A DNA stretch of 64,000 nt from Bacteroidota bacterium (GTDB lineage Bacteria > Bacteroidota > Bacteroidia > Chitinophagales > Chitinophagaceae): NCBI GenBank assembly GCA_016868895.1, contig VGFK01000001.1, positions 23,006-87,005 on the forward strand. The letters are read 5' to 3'. The notes under the pieces are model-generated. The model had not been told where the DNA came from. It saw only the letters and a program-made list of their open reading frames with translations, and did not search any database. Of this stretch, positions 36,430 through 45,326 are shown one piece after another. A program made the position numbers and the translations under genes. The stretch's first letter is position 1, and each line of letters opens with the position of its first letter.

Positions 36430-37647
36430 TTAATTAGTTGTTGTGGATGATAATGAATTAAATGATTGCGCAACCATGAGGAGTCCGCGCGGAATATGAA
36501 AACAGCCCTTCCATTTACCCCCTTTTGCAGTGTGCAAGGGCTCACCGTTGCGGTGGAGGTATCCAAACCACTCTCCATAGATTGGGTCTCGGAATTTTTC
36601 CCAGGTATATTCATGAACTTTTTCAAACCAACTTAAACAACGTGTATCTCCGGTAAAAGCATAACCTTTTGCTAATGCGACCAATGTTTCGATGTGTACC
36701 CACCACAGTTTCTGATCCCACTCTAACTGCTGCATGGGTTTTTGAAATAAATCCAAAAAGTAAAAAATTCCACCCTGCTCATTGTCCCAGGCATGATTAA
36801 CTGTATGGAGCATGATGTCTTTTGCCTTAGTAATCAGGGCCGGATCGTTGATGCGCTTGCCAATATCCATGATGAACCACATGGCTTCGATGGCATGGCC
36901 ATGATTAAGGATTCTTCCTTCAAATGAATCGACGATTGAATGGTCGGTGCTGACATTTTCAACCACGAGTCCGTGTTCGGGTCGATAAAATACATTCATC
37001 ACCTGGTCCACTACTTCTGGAATGATCGCATCCACGCGATCTTTTCCCAAGATGTGTTCCATCTCAAGAGCCAGGTTGCACAAGATCATGGGGAGGGTGA
37101 AATTCTTCATCGGTCGCGTCCCAGTTATCGTTTTATTGAACTGACCTTTCCAGTTGTGCTGTCGCTTCCAAATACTTTCAAACGTTTCAGCTGCAATCTG
37201 CTGATAGGTTGCACTTGGCGCTATGGCATGCAATGCAGAGAAACCCATCGCCGCAAAACAATCGCTAAAAATATTGTGCGCATGGGTAAGTGGCTTACCA
37301 TCTGCTTGCAATGAAAAATGCCAATGTCCTTGTTCGTTTCTACCATGCTGCTGCAAGAATCGGGCTCCATGCAAAGCAAATTCCCGCCACTCATCACGCT
37401 GCTGAACTACTCGGAACATGGTTGAGAAGGTCCATACTTGTCGGCCCTGCAACCAAACAAACTTATCGGTATCGTATACCTCTCCCTCACGCGTCAGGCA
37501 AGTAAAATACCCCCCATGTTGAGCATCCTTGCTATACCGCAACCAAAACGGAAGAATGTTATTGCACAATTCATCGACATAAAGTCGTCCGTAATTCATC
37601 CCGCCTACTGCAGTTTGAAGGGAGGGCCAAGTCGTTGCCTGTTCCAT
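36430..37647 (-). CDS. N-acylglucosamine 2-epimerase (AGE family)
   Basis: GGYFTCL, WLQGRQVW, GHAIEAMW, KLWWVHIE, KGGKWKGCFHIPR; alternative start at 37599. Confidence 0.92.
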   Translation of the reverse strand: MEQATTWPSLQTAVGGMNYGRLYVDELCNNILPFWLRYSKDAQHGGYFTCLTREGEVYDTDKFVWLQGRQVWTFSTMFRVVQQRDEWREFALHGARFLQQHGRNEQGHWHFSLQADGKPLTHAHNIFSDCFAAMGFSALHAIAPSATYQQIAAETFESIWKRQHNWKGQFNKTITGTRPMKNFTLPMILCNLALEMEHILGKDRVDAIIPEVVDQVMNVFYRPEHGLVVENVSTDHSIVDSFEGRILNHGHAIEAMWFIMDIGKRINDPALITKAKDIMLHTVNHAWDNEQGGIFYFLDLFQKPMQQLEWDQKLWWVHIETLVALAKGYAFTGDTRCLSWFEKVHEYTWEKFRDPIYGEWFGYLHRNGEPLHTAKGGKWKGCFHIPRGLLMVAQSFNSLSSTTTN

Positions 37648-37788
37648 TAACAAAATTTATTTTCAAAGAACGTAATTTATAAATATTTTACTTAAAGAGT
37701 CAACTTTATTAATTTTTTTATTAATTAATGTCCCTTCGAACTGAACAAAAAAGCCAGTCGTTTCGGGAAAAGAGAATAAATTAGTCCG

Positions 37789-39027
37789 ATGGCAAGCAAG
37801 CGCAAGAAGGTCAATTTTGAATTGTTCAGCCTGGGTTCATCGTCGGGTGTGGCCTACAAGAATAAGGCCCTGAAGAAGCAGATCATCCAGTTCATCGATA
37901 ACCGGGGCAGTAGTTCCATAACCGAATTGAGCAAAGAACTCACCACCAGCGTACCCAAAACAACGGCATTGGTGGGCGAATTGATCACGGAGTGGTTACT
38001 ACAGGATGAGGGTAAAATCGATTCTACTGGAGGGAGAAGAGCAAGTGTCTTTGGACTGGTGTCGGATGCTTGCTTTTTTTTAGGTGTGGATGTAAAGAAG
38101 TACCATATTAATGTTGGGTTGATGGATTTTCAAAAAAGGATGGTGACCCACAAGGACAAGTTGCCCTTCAAGATGGAGAACACAGCAGAGTCTCTTAAAA
38201 AACTCATACAACTCATCAAGGATTTTATCTCCCATTCACAAATTGAGCGTGCACGAATTTTAGGCTGCGGAATCAATCTAACCGGAAGAATCAATCAGCA
38301 TACCGGTCACAGCTATAGTTTTTACCATTTCAAGGAAGAGCCTTTGGCTGAGGTGATTCAGCAGGAAATCGGAATTCCTGCGTATTTGGAAAACGATTCC
38401 CGCTCCATGGCCTTTGGAGAATTCTATTCAGGTGAATTGAGCAGTGAACGCAATGTGTTATTCGTAAACCTCGACTATGGCATCGGATTGGGCATTGTGG
38501 TGGATGGAAAAATCTATTATGGTCGTTCAGGATTCAGCGGCGAGTTCGGGCATATTCCGTTGTTCGACAATGAAATCATCTGCCACTGCGGAAAGAAAGG
38601 ATGCCTGGAGACGGAAGCCTCCGGTTGGGCCCTTATTCGAAAATTCAAGGAACGGCTGGAAAAAGGCTCTTCTTCATCGGCAGTGAAAAAAAATACATCT
38701 GCCAGCGAGATTACCCTGGAGGACATCATCACGGCTGCCAAAAACGAAGACACCCTCTGCATTGAATTATTGAGCGAGATCGGGGAACAGCTGGGAAAGG
38801 GATTGGCCGTGCTGATCAATGTTTTCAATCCGGAGCTGATCATCCTCGGCGGAACACTTTCAGAGACCGGCGATTACATTCGGCTTCCGGCACGAAGCGT
38901 ATTGAATAAATTTTCATTGAGCCTGATGAACAACGATACTTCGCTTCGGATATCGCGATTGGGCGAGCGTGCAGGTGTAATAGGAGCCTGCCTCATCGCC
39001 CGCTTAAAAGTCATCAACAACACTTAA
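37789..39027 (+). CDS. ROK-family transcriptional repressor
   Basis: N-terminal wHTH, STGGRR, GEFGHIP, CHCGKKGCLETEAS zinc motif. Confidence 0.93.
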   Translation: MASKRKKVNFELFSLGSSSGVAYKNKALKKQIIQFIDNRGSSSITELSKELTTSVPKTTALVGELITEWLLQDEGKIDSTGGRRASVFGLVSDACFFLGVDVKKYHINVGLMDFQKRMVTHKDKLPFKMENTAESLKKLIQLIKDFISHSQIERARILGCGINLTGRINQHTGHSYSFYHFKEEPLAEVIQQEIGIPAYLENDSRSMAFGEFYSGELSSERNVLFVNLDYGIGLGIVVDGKIYYGRSGFSGEFGHIPLFDNEIICHCGKKGCLETEASGWALIRKFKERLEKGSSSSAVKKNTSASEITLEDIITAAKNEDTLCIELLSEIGEQLGKGLAVLINVFNPELIILGGTLSETGDYIRLPARSVLNKFSLSLMNNDTSLRISRLGERAGVIGACLIARLKVINNT

Positions 39028-39028
39028 C

Positions 39029-39074
39029 CTACAACCCGCCTAGGCGGGCACACCTACAACCTACAACGTACAAC
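39029..39074. repeat. Heptamer array (4 units) with perfect 14-bp palindrome CCCGCCTAGGCGGG
   Basis: TAAC CTACAAC CCGCCTAGGCGGGCACAC CTACAAC CTACAAC GTACAAC, between convergent ROK and proS. Confidence 0.9.
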
Positions 39075-39075
39075 C

Positions 39076-40554
39076 CTAATACGCTACAGCAAACAACACC
39101 CGCTGCTTACTCGGCTTACCCGAATACACGCATGCGCCTTCTTCTGTTGAGTTGTTGAGCGGGATGCAGCGGATGGTGGCCTTGGTCTCGTCTTTGATTT
39201 TCTCTTCGGTCTCACCGGTTCCATCCCAATGCGCAGAAATGAATCCGCCTTTTTGTTCCAGGACTTCTTTGAACTCCGACCAGCTGTTCACGGAGGTGAT
39301 GTGGGAGTCGCGGTACTGCAAGGCGCGTTGATACAAGTTGTGTTGAATTTCGTCCAGGAGCTGGACGATATAGTGGTCCAGGCCCGCCGCGGGCACGGAC
39401 GATTTTTCTTTGGTGTCGCGGCGGGCCACTTCTACCACGCCGTTTTCAATGTCTTTAGGACCAATCGCGATGCGCACAGGCACTCCTTTGAGTTCGTATT
39501 CCGCAAATTTCCAACCCGGCCGCGAATTGTCGTTGTCGTCGTACTTGACAGAAATTCCTTTTTGTTTGAGCTGCGCCATGATGGCATGGACGTTTTGGTC
39601 GACCAGCATCTTTTGTTCCGGTCCCTTGTAAATCGGCACAATCACCACTTGCAAGGGAGCAATGCGAGGAGGCAACACCAACCCTTCATCATCGCTGTGC
39701 GCCATCACCAGTGCACCAATCAAGCGCGTTGACACTCCCCAGGAAGTGGCCCACACGAATTCCTGCTTGTTTTCTTTGGTGAGGTATTTTACGTCAAATG
39801 CTTTTGCAAAATTTTGTCCCAGGAAATGTGAAGTCCCCGCCTGCAGCGCTTTCCCATCCTGCATCAAGGCTTCGATGCAATAGGTCTCCAATGCACCCGC
39901 AAAGCGCTCGTTGGGCGACTTAACCCCTTTCATGACGGGCAACGCCATGTAGTTTTCAACGAAATCGGCATATACATGCAACATTTTTTCTGCTTCCTCA
40001 ATGGCCTCTTGGGCAGTCGCATGTGCAGTGTGTCCTTCCTGCCACAAAAACTCTGCTGTACGTAAAAAGAGTCGGGTCCTCATTTCCCAGCGAACCACAT
40101 TGGCCCATTGGTTGATGAGCAGCGGGAGGTCGCGGTACGACTGTATCCAGTCCTTGTATGCATTCCAAATGATGGCTTCGCTGGTGGGCCGCACGATGAG
40201 CTCTTCTTCCAACTGGGCCTCAGGATCCACCATCAACTTTCCTTTCTGATTGGGGTCCCCTTTCAACCGGTAGTGGGTGACCACTGCACATTCTTTGGCA
40301 AAGCCTTCAGCGTGACCTTCTTCTTTTTCCAGAAACGACTTAGGAACGAAGAGTGGAAAATAGGCATTGGTGTGACCGGTGTCTTTGAACATCTTATCCA
40401 AGACATCGCGCATGTTTTCCCACAGGGTGTATCCATACGGCTTGATCACCATGCATCCGCGTACTGCGGAATAGTCGGCCAGTCCCCCCTTTAGTACCAA
40501 ATCATTGTACCACTGGGAATAATCGCTTGCCCGTTTGGTCACCTCATTGCCCAT
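39076..40554 (-). CDS. proS: Prolyl-tRNA synthetase (eukaryote/archaea-like type)
   Basis: [45 protein letters not shown]-terminal FAVAY. Confidence 0.98.
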   Translation of the reverse strand: MGNEVTKRASDYSQWYNDLVLKGGLADYSAVRGCMVIKPYGYTLWENMRDVLDKMFKDTGHTNAYFPLFVPKSFLEKEEGHAEGFAKECAVVTHYRLKGDPNQKGKLMVDPEAQLEEELIVRPTSEAIIWNAYKDWIQSYRDLPLLINQWANVVRWEMRTRLFLRTAEFLWQEGHTAHATAQEAIEEAEKMLHVYADFVENYMALPVMKGVKSPNERFAGALETYCIEALMQDGKALQAGTSHFLGQNFAKAFDVKYLTKENKQEFVWATSWGVSTRLIGALVMAHSDDEGLVLPPRIAPLQVVIVPIYKGPEQKMLVDQNVHAIMAQLKQKGISVKYDDNDNSRPGWKFAEYELKGVPVRIAIGPKDIENGVVEVARRDTKEKSSVPAAGLDHYIVQLLDEIQHNLYQRALQYRDSHITSVNSWSEFKEVLEQKGGFISAHWDGTGETEEKIKDETKATIRCIPLNNSTEEGACVYSGKPSKQRVLFAVAY

Positions 40555-40637
40555 AACTCAAATAATTTAACAATTTTTAACCGTGAAACAGCAACTTTTG
40601 ACGCTTTGAAACGTCTAATTTTAAAGTTGCGTTAGCG

Positions 40638-40645
40638 CAAAAGTA
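40638..40645 (-). promoter_or_regulatory. -7 element (TACTTTTG), candidate proS promoter
   Basis: Matches TAnnTTTG in the divergent intergenic region. Confidence 0.5.
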
Positions 40646-40676
40646 GTAACTTCGAACCAATGATAAATCGCATCAT

Positions 40677-41447
40677 ATGAAGAGGACCTTACTTGTCGTG
40701 TTGCTGGGTTCCATGGTAATGGGATGCAGCACTGCTTACCGAAGCGGACAAACCCCTGATGATGTTTATTATTCGCCAACTCCATCGAACAGCGGATATG
40801 TAAACGTGGATGATTATGACCAACGCGAAGGATACGACGCATCCCGCACTCCGCTGAACGAGCGTTACCTGCGGATGAAGACCTTCGGTGGTTCACGCTG
40901 GAGAGCATTTGACGATGATTTTGCTTACTGGAACAATCCGTATTGGAACAACAGTTTATACTTCGACGGATTCAATCGCGGCTGGGGCTGGGGAACCGGC
41001 ATCGGGTTTGGAAGTCCCTTCATCGGAGGAATGTTCGGTCCATCGTACATCGGTTCTTCCTTATTTTACAGTCCCTTCTCTCCTTATTTCTATGGAGCTC
41101 CCGTAGTCGTGATCAACAACCCCAAGTTCATCACCCCGCGCTCAACCGGTCCGCGCACCTACAACCTCGGCAATTACAATCCACCTTCCCAACAAAATTT
41201 CAATTCGAAATACGGAAGTGGCGTGTACCGTTCCGGAGGTGGACAATACTATAACAATAATTCCGGTAGTCCACGCGGCGGTTACAACCCAAGAAGCAGC
41301 AACAGCGGCTACAATGGATCGCCCATGCGGACCTTCTCCAACAGCAACAGCGGAGGCTCCAGCAATTACAGCAACAGCTCGAGCGGAAGTTCTTCCGGAA
41401 GCAGCGGTTCTGCTCCTGTTCGTTCGTTTGGTCGCGGCGGCAATTGA
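40677..41447 (+). CDS. Uncharacterised lipoprotein with G/S/N/Y-rich low-complexity C-terminus
   Basis: Lipobox VMGC, TPDDVYYSP motif, aromatic/Gly-rich middle, SNSGGSS tail. Confidence 0.8.
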   Translation: MKRTLLVVLLGSMVMGCSTAYRSGQTPDDVYYSPTPSNSGYVNVDDYDQREGYDASRTPLNERYLRMKTFGGSRWRAFDDDFAYWNNPYWNNSLYFDGFNRGWGWGTGIGFGSPFIGGMFGPSYIGSSLFYSPFSPYFYGAPVVVINNPKFITPRSTGPRTYNLGNYNPPSQQNFNSKYGSGVYRSGGGQYYNNNSGSPRGGYNPRSSNSGYNGSPMRTFSNSNSGGSSNYSNSSSGSSSGSSGSAPVRSFGRGGN

Positions 41448-41461
41448 GATCTGACACCATC

Positions 41462-42994
41462 ATGAGACTACTTCTTTCCCTCCTCGGGATACTCTTCTTA
41501 CACCCCGTTCTCGCACAGGAACCGGTCGACGCCCTGCGGTATTCCATGACCGGTATCGGCGGAACAGCCCGCGCACGTGCGATCGGCGGTGCCGTAACTT
41601 CACTGGGAGGCGATATTTCTACGGCCATGGTGAATCCAGCGGGACTCGCATTTTTTAAAACGAGTGAGTTTGTGTTTACGCCTTCGCTGGGACTCAATTC
41701 AACCCGTACGAATTATTTAAATGGGGATGCGCGCAGCAAAAAAACAGCATTCGATATCAGCAACCTGGGCGTGGCCATGCCGCGCGATGGCTCAATGAAC
41801 GGACAATGGAGAAATTTTACCTTTGGCGTGGGCATCAACCGCACCGTAAATTTCAATAACCAGACTCGATTACAAGGCACGAACAACGAAAGTTCCTATT
41901 CTGAAAAATACCTGGAAGAACTGATCAACAACAATGTGACGGATCCCAATCGTGCGGCCACTCAATTTCCATTTGGATCCAGCCTCGCGCTCAACACCTA
42001 TTTGATCGATACGGTATCGGGACCCGGCGGCACCGTGCGCGGTTACAGAAGCCTGGCTACTCCACAAACCGGAGTCACACAAAATCAACGCGTAGACACC
42101 AAAGGAAGCTTAAATGATTATTTCATTGCGGCCAGTGGGAATTTTCAAGACCGCTTGTACATCGGAGGTGCGTTGACCTTTAATCGATTGGAATATGAGC
42201 GTACCATCACCTACCGCGAATCGGATGCAACCAACAACAAGAACAACAACTTCAATTATTTTGAAACCGTTGAGAACCTGGTCACCGAAGGATTGGGCGT
42301 GGGATTGAAAGTGGGACTCATTGTCAGACCTGTGCAGCAATTGCGCATCGGATTCTCGTATCACTCCCCTGTCTTTTACAACCTGGATGATTTCTACTCA
42401 ACCAGTATGACGACCGATGTGGAAGGATATCAGGGACAAACCGTGCTGAAACAAAGTTCGTTTGATCTCAACAACGGAGATCCCGGCGAATTTCAATATG
42501 ATTTCAGAACACCCTCCCGCATGAACGTGGGCATCTCCTATGTGTTTCAAGAAGTGGAAGATGTAACCAAGCAACGTGGATTCATCAGCGCCGATGCAGA
42601 GTTCATCAATTATGGAAAGTCGCGATTCTCAACTGCCAGCCTCGCCAGCGGCGTCAACTACCTGGATGAACTCAACAAGGCAGTGGGCGAACAATTCCGA
42701 TCGGCCATCAATTTCCGCGTGGGAGGTGAATTGAAATTCAACACCATCATGGTACGTGCCGGCTACAATGCACTCAGCAATGCCTACAGCAACGGAGAGC
42801 TGAAAGCAGCACAAAGCAACATCAGCGGAGGACTGGGATGGCGCAATAAAGGATTGATTGTCGATCTGACCTATGTGCACCAAATGATCAAGGATGTAAA
42901 TTTCCCCTATACACTCGGCAACGGATTTTACGCTCCCGGAATGGTCAAAGGAAATAACGGAAACATCATCCTCACCTTCGGAATGAAATTCTGA
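41462..42994 (+). CDS. OmpP1/FadL-family outer-membrane beta-barrel
   Basis: Signal peptide, DALRYS..GIGGTARARAIGGA...LGGDIS...NPAGL, C-terminal GMKF. Confidence 0.85.
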   Translation: MRLLLSLLGILFLHPVLAQEPVDALRYSMTGIGGTARARAIGGAVTSLGGDISTAMVNPAGLAFFKTSEFVFTPSLGLNSTRTNYLNGDARSKKTAFDISNLGVAMPRDGSMNGQWRNFTFGVGINRTVNFNNQTRLQGTNNESSYSEKYLEELINNNVTDPNRAATQFPFGSSLALNTYLIDTVSGPGGTVRGYRSLATPQTGVTQNQRVDTKGSLNDYFIAASGNFQDRLYIGGALTFNRLEYERTITYRESDATNNKNNNFNYFETVENLVTEGLGVGLKVGLIVRPVQQLRIGFSYHSPVFYNLDDFYSTSMTTDVEGYQGQTVLKQSSFDLNNGDPGEFQYDFRTPSRMNVGISYVFQEVEDVTKQRGFISADAEFINYGKSRFSTASLASGVNYLDELNKAVGEQFRSAINFRVGGELKFNTIMVRAGYNALSNAYSNGELKAAQSNISGGLGWRNKGLIVDLTYVHQMIKDVNFPYTLGNGFYAPGMVKGNNGNIILTFGMKF

Positions 42995-43024
42995 GCCATC
43001 CGCTTTTTTCACTAATTTGCTCAC

Positions 43025-43597
43025 ATGGCCGTCCTCAAGTTTCGTGTCTTTTACGAAGAAGATGATACCGTGTACCGGGATCTTGCCATCCTGCACGAAC
43101 AGTCCTTCTTTGAACTGCACCAATGCATTCTCGCGGCATTTGAATTCGACAGCATCCATTCGGCCAGTTTTTACCGAAGCAACGACAACTGGCAGCGCGG
43201 AAGGGCCATCAGCCTCGAAAAATACGAAGGTGTAGCGTATAAGGTTGATCCACTCGACATGTTTGATACCACCATCGGTTCGGAGATTCGCGATACGGGG
43301 CAAAAATTTGTGTACGTATACGACTTTGTGAAGAACTGGACCTTCCTGGTTCAACTGATCGGCGTTTCAAAAGACGTCAACGCTAAACTCACTTATCCTT
43401 CGGTCATCCGCAAAGAAGGAATCGGTCCCAGCCAATATGGCATCAAAAGCATTTTGGGTGATCGCTTCGCGGATGTGGAAGAGAAATACGATCTCACCTC
43501 CCTGGGTGAAGGATTTTCAGACGAAGGAGGAGAAGGCACAGATGGTGAAGACGACGGACTCACCGATGAGGGACAAGACGAAGACACCTCTATTTAG
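43025..43597 (+). CDS. pRiA4b ORF-3-like (TnpR-like) domain protein with acidic tail
   Basis: RDLAI...FFELHQCILAAFEFD, YVYDFVKNWTF; Asp/Glu-rich C-terminus. Confidence 0.6.
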   Translation: MAVLKFRVFYEEDDTVYRDLAILHEQSFFELHQCILAAFEFDSIHSASFYRSNDNWQRGRAISLEKYEGVAYKVDPLDMFDTTIGSEIRDTGQKFVYVYDFVKNWTFLVQLIGVSKDVNAKLTYPSVIRKEGIGPSQYGIKSILGDRFADVEEKYDLTSLGEGFSDEGGEGTDGEDDGLTDEGQDEDTSI

Positions 43598-43620
43598 TTT
43601 TTACTGCTCATACAACAACT

Positions 43621-44472
43621 ATGGATCAGCACATCATCAACCTGTATGACGAGTACACCCACAAGCCGCTATCACGGAACGAATTCATGAAACGATTGGT
43701 TGCGCTGACCGGCAGTGTGGCTGCGGCAAACGCCATACTTCCCTTAATAGAAGTCAACCCGGTACACGCAGCAATGACCTCCGATGAACACCTCTTTACC
43801 GAAACCATCCATTACCCGGGTGTTAAGGGAGAAATGCAGGCCTACGTGGCACGCCCCCTTGCAGTAAAAAAATATCCGGTCGTGATTGTCATACACGAAA
43901 ACAGGGGACTCAATAAACACATCGAAGACGTTACGCGAAGGGCTGCTCAGGCAGGATTCCTGGCCATCGCCCCCAATGCACTGGCCCCCTTGGGCGGAAC
44001 ACCAGAGAATGAAGATGAGGCGCGACAAAAATTCACGCAACTCAAACAGGAAGACAGCATTCAAAATTTTATTCGTGTAGTGGACTACATCTCTACCCGA
44101 AAAGATGCGACGGATAAGATTGGATGCGTTGGCTTCTGCTGGGGAGGCGCAATGGCCAACACCCTTGCTGTTTCTATTCCTTCACTGAAAGCAGCAGTTG
44201 CGTTTTACGGTCGACCGCCTGAAACCAAAGATGTACCCAACATCAAAGCTGCTGTTCAATTGCATTATGCTTCACTGGACGAACGCGTGAATGCTGGTAT
44301 CGCCGTCTATGAAGCCGCCCTCAAGGAAAACAAGGTGCGCTTCGAACTGTACATGTACGAACAGGTGAACCATGCCTTTCATAATGATACGGCTCCCACG
44401 CGCTACAATGAAGCAGCTGCCAAGTTGGCCTGGAAACGGACCATCGAATTTTTCAACACGCACCTCAACTGA
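43621..44472 (+). CDS. Dienelactone hydrolase family (YghX-like)
   Basis: IHENRGLN, GFCWGG nucleophile, HAFHND; Tat-like SRNEFMKRL leader. Confidence 0.9.
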   Translation: MDQHIINLYDEYTHKPLSRNEFMKRLVALTGSVAAANAILPLIEVNPVHAAMTSDEHLFTETIHYPGVKGEMQAYVARPLAVKKYPVVIVIHENRGLNKHIEDVTRRAAQAGFLAIAPNALAPLGGTPENEDEARQKFTQLKQEDSIQNFIRVVDYISTRKDATDKIGCVGFCWGGAMANTLAVSIPSLKAAVAFYGRPPETKDVPNIKAAVQLHYASLDERVNAGIAVYEAALKENKVRFELYMYEQVNHAFHNDTAPTRYNEAAAKLAWKRTIEFFNTHLN

Positions 44473-44477
44473 TCGCA

Positions 44478-45326
44478 CTGAATAAAAAATGCATCATCAT
44501 AGCCGGTCCAACAGCCTCGGGAAAAACCGCAGCTGCCATCGAGCTGGCCCTTGGGTTGTCGACTGAAATCGTTTCAGCAGATTCACGGCAATGCTACCGT
44601 GAATTGCGCATCGGTGTTGCGCGTCCGACCGAAAGCGAGCTCGCACGCGTACCCCATCACTTCATCGCCAATCATTCCATCCACGAAACCATCACCGCTG
44701 CAGGTTTTGCCCGGGAAGCCGCAGGCTACATCAACACCATTCTTTCCGTTGCAGATCACGTGGTGGTCTGCGGAGGAACGGGACTCTACATCAAAGCCCT
44801 GGTTGAAGGATTGGACCAGATTCCGGAGACGCCATCAACGGTGCGGGACTCGGTCATCCAACTGTATCATGAAAAAGGGATCGAAGGCTTGAAAAATGAA
44901 TTGCTTTTTCGCGACCCTGCATCTGCGGAACAAATCGATCTTCAAAATCCCCAGCGCATGATGCGGGCATTGGAAGTCATCCTGCACACTGGAATTTCTA
45001 TTGCTTCGTTTCAGCAACAAAAATCCTCTCGCCTTTCGTTCAACGGAGAACCCATTGAAATAGAATACCGCATGCTTCAGCTCGACCGCGAAGTATTGTA
45101 TCACCGCATCAACGAGCGCGTGGACAAGATGATGGAAGCAGGACTGGAAGAAGAGGTTCGGAATCTGCATCCGCATCGCGCATTGGGTCCGCTGCAAACC
45201 GTCGGTTACCAGGAATTATTCGACTACATCGAAGGGAAGTGTTCGCGGGATGAGGCGGTAGAAAAAATCAAGCAACACACCCGGAATTATGCCAAGCGGC
45301 AAATCACCTGGTTCAAGAAGGTGTAA
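44478..45326 (+). CDS. miaA: tRNA dimethylallyltransferase, apparent CTG start
   Basis: The in-frame P-loop IAGPTASGKT lies upstream of the ORF-track start; ADSRQCY, CGGTGLY, YAKRQITWF. Confidence 0.93.
   Translation: MNKKCIIIAGPTASGKTAAAIELALGLSTEIVSADSRQCYRELRIGVARPTESELARVPHHFIANHSIHETITAAGFAREAAGYINTILSVADHVVVCGGTGLYIKALVEGLDQIPETPSTVRDSVIQLYHEKGIEGLKNELLFRDPASAEQIDLQNPQRMMRALEVILHTGISIASFQQQKSSRLSFNGEPIEIEYRMLQLDREVLYHRINERVDKMMEAGLEEEVRNLHPHRALGPLQTVGYQELFDYIEGKCSRDEAVEKIKQHTRNYAKRQITWFKKV

Noticed and set aside
36430-39027. AGE plus ROK as a sialic-acid (nan) cluster
   Set aside because: No neuraminate lyase, GH33 sialidase or sialate esterase is present in the locus.
43025-43597. 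TnpR-like gene as evidence of an IS element
   Set aside because: No transposase, terminal inverted repeats or target duplication nearby.
44556-45326. miaA as a 5'-truncated pseudogene, as the ORF track implies
   Set aside because: The frame is open upstream and encodes an intact P-loop; a non-canonical start explains it.
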